From: a virus
Strand: one strand, 5' to 3'
DNA: 12,870 nucleotides
Virus genome (UHGV): UHGV-2005248
Shown: positions 1-6,023 of the stretch, piece after piece
How the letters are laid out: each line of letters starts with the position of its first letter
How positions within the stretch are numbered: position 1 is the stretch's first letter
Translations under genes and position numbers: made by a program
Notes under the pieces: generated by a model
The model's input: only the letters and a program-made list of their open reading frames with translations
Told to the model about the DNA's origin: nothing
The model's database searches: none

Positions 1-89
1 TAGCGCTGATGTCCGGCAGTGCTTTTGCCGTTACGCACCACCCCGTCAGTAGCTGAACAGGAGGGACAGCTGATAGAAACAGAAGCCAC
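1..89 (-). CDS. insA: IS1 InsA, N-terminal 29 codons only (gene runs off window start)
   Basis: Minus-strand translation from GTG at 89-87 gives [30 protein letters not shown], matching the InsA N-terminus as I recall it. Confidence 0.7.
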   Translation of the reverse strand, partial: MASVSISCPSCSATDGVVRNGKSTAGHQR

Positions 90-144
90 TGGAGCACCTC
101 AAAAACACCATCATACACTAAATCAGTAAGTTGGCAGCATCACC
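1..144 (-). mobile_element. IS1 insertion sequence, terminal part (element continues past window start); 23-bp terminal inverted repeat at 122-144
   Basis: Reverse complement of 91-144 reads ggtgatgctgccaacttactgatttagtgtatgatggtgtttttgaggtgctcc, which I recognise as the IS1 end; reverse complement of 1-89 encodes the InsA N-terminus. Recognition from memory, not a database search. Confidence 0.8.
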
Positions 145-750
145 CCGAGGATTGAAAAGCTCAAATCTCTTGATGTTTCTTTTGTTTTTTGAGTAAAAGT
201 TTAAAGTGAAATATATTAGCACCTGTCTAAGATCGTAAACACTAAACTTCCTATCTCCTGATTTTATTTCCACAAGAACATTTGAATAATAAATATCGCC
301 ATATGAATTATTTATTACTCCGCATCCATCGAATTGTGGAGACACTTCAATTTGGTTTTCCATTCCATATCGAGACAAAATGTTTCTTGCTATTTCCCTT
401 ATGGCATTGTACTCAACCATGCTTAAGGGTAGCTTGAAGTTAGAACCGTAAGCGAACCGCTGTAGATATTCTTTTGTTTTTTCAAAAACAACCTGAAAAT
501 CAGCATTATGGAAGATATCATGTGCTGAAAGAATATTTCTGTCTAACGAATCATTCTGTATTGCCCTATATAAATTAAATGCGCACTCATTAACAAAGAC
601 GTTATTTGACCTATTAGCGCAGTCATCTAGAGGAGGATAAACGTCCTCGATGAGACTGCCGTTAATGATGCGTATGAAATTATTAGCATTTGGAAGCAAT
701 TGATTCCAAAATGAAGTGAATTTTCGAGAAAACGTTAATTCAGATATCAT
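118..750 (-). CDS. hypothetical RT-associated protein (candidate effector); 3' end disrupted by IS1, so the stop in the ORF track is not native
   Basis: 210-aa ORF whose start overlaps the RT stop by 4 nt. Its last 8 codons and stop (GDAANLLI, 118-144) are encoded by the IS1 terminus, so the native C-terminus is unknown. No hydrophobic TM segment. Weak D-x8-E-x-K pattern (GDIYYSNVLVEIK) that could be a PD-(D/E)xK nuclease motif. Confidence 0.55.
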   Translation of the reverse strand: MISELTFSRKFTSFWNQLLPNANNFIRIINGSLIEDVYPPLDDCANRSNNVFVNECAFNLYRAIQNDSLDRNILSAHDIFHNADFQVVFEKTKEYLQRFAYGSNFKLPLSMVEYNAIREIARNILSRYGMENQIEVSPQFDGCGVINNSYGDIYYSNVLVEIKSGDRKFSVYDLRQVLIYFTLNFYSKNKRNIKRFELFNPRGDAANLLI

Positions 751-2375
751 AGCGCATCCTCAAGATTTCTTGCGGTATGCCTTTTACTTGCCCAATCCCT
801 GTAAATCACCTCTACAAAGTTGAATGTTTTCTTATTATGCTCTCTCCAGTGCCGTCCTTCATCACCTAAGATGTAACTGGAAACGATCAATAGTCTTCTC
901 TGCAACGGATGCATTGCAGAGAAATTTTTTTTGATATCAGAAAGCCATGCGTAAGAATTAATTTTTGCCATTGACTGTGTAACTATGTTCTTGACTAAGA
1001 TGCTTTCTGGATTGTTATTGTATATTTCACTAAGGATTAGGGTGGATTTTTCTGAATTTTCTTTTGAGAGCATTCGGGCTACATAGGCTAAGTTGAGCTC
1101 AGTACTCAAAATATATGAATCTTGTTTAATTAGTGCAGTTATTTTATCAAGAATAATATCTTTGGTTTCTGTGCTTAATTTTTGCCAGTTGGAGTTAGCT
1201 ACTTGAATTATAGTTGTAAATATTGGATATAACTCATGCAAGTTATTAAACATTACTTTGAAAGCACTACTTATTATTTCATCTGATGTTGCTGAGAATG
1301 CCTTTATCAAATGCTTGCTAAAAGATTGGTTAATTTTTGATTTTTGTAACTCACTACTCAGCATAGCTAACAAGTCAAAATCTTTTAAAGATTCCTTTAT
1401 CTCTTCATATTCCTCTATCGCATTTGCTGAGTAAGGATCGAATCTTATAGGAAGACTCATAAATTTAGCCTTCATAGGAGATTCTTCATCTTCATCATTA
1501 CCATGCAACTTAGCTTTAGTTACTGAAAGGAACTCTTCTTTAGTAACAATATTGGTTTTTTGTTTCTGTAAAGTTAGCCCTTCATTTTCCATCAGTTTTT
1601 TACTAAGCAAAGTTAAAATCTTATGAGCATCCTCTCTAGAGTTACAAAAAATAACAAAGTCGTCGACATAACGCTTATAGTTGATTCTATTCATAGACAA
1701 TAATTTATCAATAGAATCTAGAGCTAGTTCTGCTAATATTCTAGAGGCAGGACATCCAACTGGTACTCCATATGATTTTGTTTCACTAAATGTCTGTAGT
1801 AATTTCTTGATTTTCCCAGAGTAATCTTTATTGGGGTCGACTCTATCTAACGCATTTTCTAAACGGTGGTGATAAATACGCGGATAGAAATCTGCTATAT
1901 CGCATGTAAGTACATACTTTATTTCATCGTTAGAACATTCAGAGATACTGTCTTCTTGATATTTTCTCCAAGAGATCTCTTTATCAAAAAGAGAACCATC
2001 AGCAAGGTTTGGTTTAAAGCGATATGAATAAACCTGCGTTTTAGTAGATCTATTCCTTTCAATATCATCAGCGATTTTTAAAACTAACCCAAGAAAAAAA
2101 GCATTCCAGAATGGATCAATTTGGGTCGCCCACCTGTAACCATAATAACCAATACTTGAAAAGCTATTAATTATGTTTGGTGGAATCTCGATCCTTTTAT
2201 TTTCAAAGTCATTAAATGTTTGCATTAATGCAGTTTTTACTTTCTCCTTATCATCTTCAAATAACCGACTTTCAAATGGGTAAGGGAAAATATCTGTATC
2301 GCCGTGCTTTATAATATTTTCCAATGCAAGCTCAAAGCAATTTTCTAGTTTACTACTATCAAACTCGTTACTCAT
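747..2375 (-). CDS. reverse transcriptase, Abi-class (AbiK/AbiA/Abi-P2-like) with long C-terminal extension
   Basis: 542 aa. RT palm motifs in canonical order: LTCDIADFYPRIYHH (motif A-like), YGVPVGCPASRILAELAL (motif B-like), YKRYVDDFVIF (YxDD catalytic motif), GLTLQKQKTNI (motif D/E-like). The pattern resembles AbiK as I recall it rather than retron or group II intron RTs. AAGGAG Shine-Dalgarno 7 nt upstream of ATG. Strongly AT-rich. Confidence 0.85.
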   Translation of the reverse strand: MSNEFDSSKLENCFELALENIIKHGDTDIFPYPFESRLFEDDKEKVKTALMQTFNDFENKRIEIPPNIINSFSSIGYYGYRWATQIDPFWNAFFLGLVLKIADDIERNRSTKTQVYSYRFKPNLADGSLFDKEISWRKYQEDSISECSNDEIKYVLTCDIADFYPRIYHHRLENALDRVDPNKDYSGKIKKLLQTFSETKSYGVPVGCPASRILAELALDSIDKLLSMNRINYKRYVDDFVIFCNSREDAHKILTLLSKKLMENEGLTLQKQKTNIVTKEEFLSVTKAKLHGNDEDEESPMKAKFMSLPIRFDPYSANAIEEYEEIKESLKDFDLLAMLSSELQKSKINQSFSKHLIKAFSATSDEIISSAFKVMFNNLHELYPIFTTIIQVANSNWQKLSTETKDIILDKITALIKQDSYILSTELNLAYVARMLSKENSEKSTLILSEIYNNNPESILVKNIVTQSMAKINSYAWLSDIKKNFSAMHPLQRRLLIVSSYILGDEGRHWREHNKKTFNFVEVIYRDWASKRHTARNLEDAL

Positions 2376-3552
2376 TCACATTCTCCTTAATAAAAATATA
2401 ATCTGAATACCACTGCATCATATCACGGCGTTTATCAATATATTGAGCATGATTATACGTACCTCTAATATTATTCTTATCTATATGAGCAAGCTGTATT
2501 TCTATCCAAGCCGAATCATATCCTTTTTCGTGGAGGATAGTAGATAAGGAATGTCGAAATCCATGACCAGTAAGTTTTCCACCATAACCAATACGCTTGA
2601 TAACTTGGTTAATACTCGCCTCACTCATAGGCTTGTTCGGATCGTTCCGCCCCGGAAAAACATAACTATACTTCCCTGTCATCATCTTGAGTTCATTTAG
2701 CAAATCTAACGCTTGAGTCGACAAAGGCACAAGGTGTGATCTGCGCATTTTCATCCTTTCAGCAGGAATTTCCCAAATAGCGTTATCTAAATCAAATTCT
2801 GACCATAATGCCGCACGTAATTCGATGGTTCTAACACCTGTAATCATGAGCAATTTCGTGGCAATCAGGACAAGCCGACTTCCGGTATATCCGTTTAAGG
2901 CGCGAAGAAAATCAGGTATCTCATTAGCCTTTAAGAACGGGAAATGATTTGATTGGTGTACATTGAGGGCGCTTGAAAGATCCGCAGCAGGGTTAAACTC
3001 AGCCCTTCCAGTAGCAATGGCATAGCGGAAAACTTCTGAGCATCGCTGCCGAACTTTGCGCATTTTTTCTAATGCACCGCGCTTTTCGATTTTACGCAGC
3101 ACATTAAGCAGTTCTAGCGGTTTAATCTCTCCCACTGGCCTTGTTCCCACATAAGGAAAAATGTCGTTCTTAAACGCTTCCATGATGTCTGATGCATATC
3201 CCGCCGACCATTTGGTAGACTTCTGTTGATGCCACTCTCTGGCTATCTTTTCGAAGGCGTTCTCTGACTCTGTTTGCAGAGCCAGCTTTTGCTCTTTTCG
3301 AACCTCACTAGGGTTCTTTCCTTCTGCCACAAGTTTTCGAGCTTCATCACGACGGGAACGAGCATCAGCAAGAGTGATCGTTGGGTAAACACCAAGCGAG
3401 ATCATTTTGGGTTTACCGGCATAGCGATAACGAAATCGCCAGCTTTTACTTCCATTTGGCTCTACAAGTAAAGACAACCCTTGCCCATCCCCAAGTGTAT
3501 AGGCTTTAGCTTCAGGTTTAGCACGGCGAATCTGCATATCATTTAGGGGCAT
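2368..3552 (-). CDS. int: tyrosine site-specific integrase, P4 family
   Basis: 394 aa. N-terminal Arm DNA-binding signature (AKAYTLGDGQGLSLLVEPNGSKSWRFRYRYAGKPKMISLGVYP ... RDEARKLVAEG). C-terminal catalytic region with HGFRHS box and terminal Tyr region RGTYNHAQYIDKRR. Immediately downstream of a tRNA 3' fragment in the same orientation. Confidence 0.92.
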   Translation of the reverse strand: MPLNDMQIRRAKPEAKAYTLGDGQGLSLLVEPNGSKSWRFRYRYAGKPKMISLGVYPTITLADARSRRDEARKLVAEGKNPSEVRKEQKLALQTESENAFEKIAREWHQQKSTKWSAGYASDIMEAFKNDIFPYVGTRPVGEIKPLELLNVLRKIEKRGALEKMRKVRQRCSEVFRYAIATGRAEFNPAADLSSALNVHQSNHFPFLKANEIPDFLRALNGYTGSRLVLIATKLLMITGVRTIELRAALWSEFDLDNAIWEIPAERMKMRRSHLVPLSTQALDLLNELKMMTGKYSYVFPGRNDPNKPMSEASINQVIKRIGYGGKLTGHGFRHSLSTILHEKGYDSAWIEIQLAHIDKNNIRGTYNHAQYIDKRRDMMQWYSDYIFIKENVNE

Positions 3553-3604
3553 GTGTATAGAATTCCAAAATCGAACAGGAACATATACATAATCCTATAC
3601 ACAT
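3551..3604. repeat. 10-bp perfect inverted repeat (atgtgtatag / ctatacacat) overlapping the integrase start codon; candidate operator or regulatory site
   Basis: 3551-3560 is the exact reverse complement of 3595-3604, with a 34-bp spacer. Confidence 0.3.
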
Positions 3605-3628
3605 TTAGTACTGGATTCTACTGGAAAG

Positions 3629-3700
3629 TTATGGACTAATACGAACAGTAAAAACAAAAAATCTTTTATAAAACAGTGCGGTTATGGATAAATACGGATG
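3629..3700. repeat. two imperfect 20-bp direct repeats (gttatggactaatacgaaca / gttatggataaatacggatg); candidate arm-type integrase binding sites
   Basis: 3629-3648 and 3681-3700 share 16 of 20 positions. They lie between the int start and the tRNA-derived att core. Confidence 0.35.
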
Positions 3701-3716
3701 TTTGAAGAAGTGGAGA

Positions 3717-3762
3717 TGGTGCCGATAATAGGAGTCGAACCTACGACCTTCGCATTACGAAT
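3717..3762 (-). other. 3' 46 nt of a tRNA-Thr(CGU) gene (anticodon loop through CCA end) = attachment-site core; not an intact tRNA
   Basis: Minus strand reads ATTCGTAATGCGAAGGTCGTAGGTTCGACTCCTATTATCGGCACCA (anticodon loop with CGT, T-arm GGTTCGACTCC, acceptor 3' strand, CCA). Sequence from 3763 onward cannot supply the acceptor 5' strand (no GCCGATA) or a D-arm. Confidence 0.75.
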
Positions 3763-4097
3763 TATAAGAATCCGCTTCTAATTCAAAGCATTACCCCATC
3801 AACACTGCGCTCACACGTCCCACCACATCAAAACATGTAAAGCCTTGCAAGCCATTGCGAGGCCTTATGTGTCTCAGTTTTGTCCCACCTTGTATTACGA
3901 CTTGCATAGCCAATGAAGATAAACGTGACGACAAACGGCGCAGCAGTCTTCTTTTCCTTCATACTTTCCCCACCCAGCATGCATACCTTCTACCATAACT
4001 GTAGTGAATGTCTGTTATGAGCGAAAATCGGAAGTTAGTGTCCTCATAATTTTGATAGAATGTTCGAACTTTTCCTTTCTAAGAAACTTGAGAAGTT

Positions 4098-4529
4098 ATG
4101 AAAAAATCACTCGTGCTAGTTATGTTTCTTTTCTCAGCTTGTGTTACTGCGAGTAATGACCTAGATCTATATGATAATCAAGGCAACGCCGTCGTTTATA
4201 TTTCACTTGATGACGAGTTGACTTTATATAGTTGGGAGGGTGAACCAAGCGCCTACCTTAAACATAACCAGAACAATGAGTTTGATGTTTATGGATTCAA
4301 TGGGAATCATTTAGGCTGGTTTACTAATGGTATGTTGATTGATCACGATGGCTATGTTGCCTGTGCAGTAAAAGACATGGTTACCACACCTAATTTGCCA
4401 TCACTTAAATCACTTAAGAGCCTCAAGCCTCTAAAATCGCTAACGGAACTTCCCCCTCTTTTCCCGCTGCTAAAAAATGCCTTTGGTCAGACAAATTGTT
4501 CTTTGTTAGTAGCTTCAGGTGTTGCATAA
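4098..4529 (+). CDS. hypothetical exported protein, possible lipoprotein, with short SLK tandem repeat
   Basis: 143 aa. N-terminal signal-peptide-like segment MKKSLVLVMFLFSAC with Cys after a lipobox-like FSA. AT-rich. C-terminal PSLKSLKSLKPLKSL repeat. Confidence 0.5.
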   Translation: MKKSLVLVMFLFSACVTASNDLDLYDNQGNAVVYISLDDELTLYSWEGEPSAYLKHNQNNEFDVYGFNGNHLGWFTNGMLIDHDGYVACAVKDMVTTPNLPSLKSLKSLKPLKSLTELPPLFPLLKNAFGQTNCSLLVASGVA

Positions 4530-4847
4530 ATCCACAACGGATGCATTTCTTGAAAGGGATGCCCCTCCAGAGGATAAAATGCTTACGGTATCCGCTCCTG
4601 ACACGGAGCGGACCAATCAGGTGGTTGTAAGGTCCGCTATGAGCAAGAAGCGGAAGTTGGCAGTTTTGTGGACTGTCCCCACAAAAGTGACTACAGAAAT
4701 AGTTGCAATTCATAATTGATCATGGGTTGTCAGTTAAACTCGTGGCGATTTAAATAGACTAATTGGGAGTGCGTCCATTACTTATATCTTGTAATGTTAA
4801 CTATCAGAAATGATACAAAGATAATATGTCTTTAAAGAAAAGACTGA

Positions 4848-4875
4848 TGGCGAAAAGTGGCCCGATGAGGGCCAC
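4848..4875 (-). terminator. rho-independent terminator downstream of flxA
   Basis: Perfect 7-bp stem GTGGCCC/GGGCCAC (4857-4875) with 5-nt loop, followed on the minus strand by TTTTCG. Lies 14 nt after the flxA stop. Confidence 0.55.
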
Positions 4876-4889
4876 AATACGGCTGTCAC

Positions 4890-5222
4890 TTAGACGTAAA
4901 TATCAATGGTGCCAGCGGTATTTGTATCGTCTTTTTTCTCTTCTTTTTTATCAGGCTGAACTGTCGCGTCTTCATTCTTTTTCTCTGCCTGCTGCCTTAA
5001 CAACTGCTCCAGTTGAGCCCTGAGGCTTTCAATTTGCTTCTGTACCAATGCAGCCATTTCTTTTTTCTGCTGTGTCGTCATCCCCTCTTCCGATGAGATT
5101 TTCCCAAGCTTTTCAGTCAGCACCTGAATTTGTCTTGTGATTTTGGCTATTTCTGATGTTCCTTCCGGGGCGGAGTTGTTTGAAATAACGGTTGAGGTAT
5201 TTCCCTGAATTGTGACAGACAT
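4890..5222 (-). CDS. flxA: FlxA-like protein (FliA-regulated small coiled-coil protein)
   Basis: 110 aa with a Q/K/E-rich coiled-coil middle (MAALVQKQIESLRAQLEQLLRQQAEKK); size and composition fit the FlxA family. Preceded by a near-consensus sigma-28 promoter and an AAGGAG Shine-Dalgarno. Confidence 0.7.
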   Translation of the reverse strand: MSVTIQGNTSTVISNNSAPEGTSEIAKITRQIQVLTEKLGKISSEEGMTTQQKKEMAALVQKQIESLRAQLEQLLRQQAEKKNEDATVQPDKKEEKKDDTNTAGTIDIYV

Positions 5223-5245
5223 AGATTTCTCCTTTTAAAAAAGCA

Positions 5246-5272
5246 CTATCGGCATGCACAAAAAAATCTTTA
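5246..5272 (-). promoter_or_regulatory. sigma-28 (FliA) promoter for flxA
   Basis: Minus strand reads TAAAGATT-N11-GCCGATAG against consensus TAAAGTTT-N11-GCCGATAA (one mismatch per element, correct spacing). The -10 element ends about 23 nt upstream of the ATG. Confidence 0.6.
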
Positions 5273-6023
5273 ATCGTATTTCTTGTGTCATTAATTGTTT
5301 GATGTTCAGATTGTTTTCCTCGCGGGCTGGCGCGCCTCAGAAAGTAAAGCTTGTTGACAGGGGTAAACGTTCGGCAATAATTTTCTGCCGCATGCGGGTG
5401 TTGCATAAAACGTGCTACGTTCCTTTATCGACAGGTCAGGTCACCGCTCACCCGCCGACGAGAAAGCAACACTGACATGCTAAAGCAAAAAATAGATGAA
5501 TAAGTTGAGTTGTGCATATGTAGCCTGACCGTCACAAAGTATATGGTGTCTGTACCAGTAAGATGATGGCCGGACTCTTTAAAAACGAGCTGACCTGCAC
5601 AATACAGGATGGACTTAGCAATGGCTGCTCCTGGCACATAGCAGCCCTAGAGACAGTGGCGTAAAGTCATGGAGGGTCGGTGGCAGGAGATGCAAATCCT
5701 CTCATACAAAAATACGTAAAATCAATAACGGCTAGAGCTAGAAATCATTCAATACTCGCACTATCTAACATTTACCAGCCAACCGCAGCACGTCTTGCAT
5801 ACGACCTGTCTGCGGTTTCAATCACCTCTCACCACCAGTCCCATCAATAATAATTAAACAGCGCCTAAACAAAATAAATAACAACAAGTCAACAACCTCG
5901 ACAGGATGCCGATGGGATGATGAAGAGATAAGAAAGAATAACTAGTAAAGCCCTAAAACGTCAGCGTTCAGACGCGTTTTTTACTTAACCGGTAACAAAT
6001 ACGTTGTATCATAGCAACATAAA

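Larger units (their letters stand above)
145..3762 (-). mobile_element. integrase-proximal end of a tRNA-Thr-associated integrative island (P4-like integrase module with RT cargo); distal part cut off by IS1
   Basis: tRNA-derived att core, int and cargo genes are all co-oriented on the minus strand. AT-rich composition distinct from the GC-richer phage genes further right. Confidence 0.55.

Noticed and set aside
1-144. The first ~145 nt looked like p15A/pACYC184 cloning-vector backbone, suggesting a clone junction
   Set aside because: The same sequence is the IS1 terminus plus insA 5' end; pACYC184 contains it only because its cat cassette derives from Tn9 (IS1-cat-IS1). Reverse complement of 1-89 translates to the InsA N-terminus, which fits a genuine IS1 copy.
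747-2375. Retron, group II intron or DGR reverse transcriptase
   Set aside because: No room for an msr/msd ncRNA upstream (RT start overlaps int stop); no maturase or endonuclease domain; no template/variable repeat pair seen; motif pattern is Abi-like.
3717-3800. Intact tRNA gene
   Set aside because: Only the 3' 46 nt match tRNA-Thr; the adjacent sequence cannot form the acceptor 5' strand or D-arm.
4380-4450. Short tandem DNA repeat (tcacttaaa / tcacttaag / agcctcaag / cctctaaaa) as a possible CRISPR-like or regulatory repeat
   Set aside because: It lies inside the 4098-4529 coding frame and encodes the SLK peptide repeat; no spacer-repeat architecture.
4423-4719. Overlapping ORFs 4423-4713 (minus) and 4519-4719 (plus), and GC-rich hairpins (TCCGCTCC/GGAGCGGA at 4591-4612)
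   Set aside because: Both translations are low-complexity and overlap each other and the end of the 4098-4529 gene. The hairpins are not followed by U-runs on either strand, so there is no support for a gene or terminator. Probably decayed remnant DNA.
5113-5637. Small ORFs 5113-5406 (minus), 5254-5475 (plus), 5425-5637 (minus)
   Set aside because: They overlap the flxA 5' end and its sigma-28 promoter or each other, with no ribosome-binding sites or recognisable motifs.
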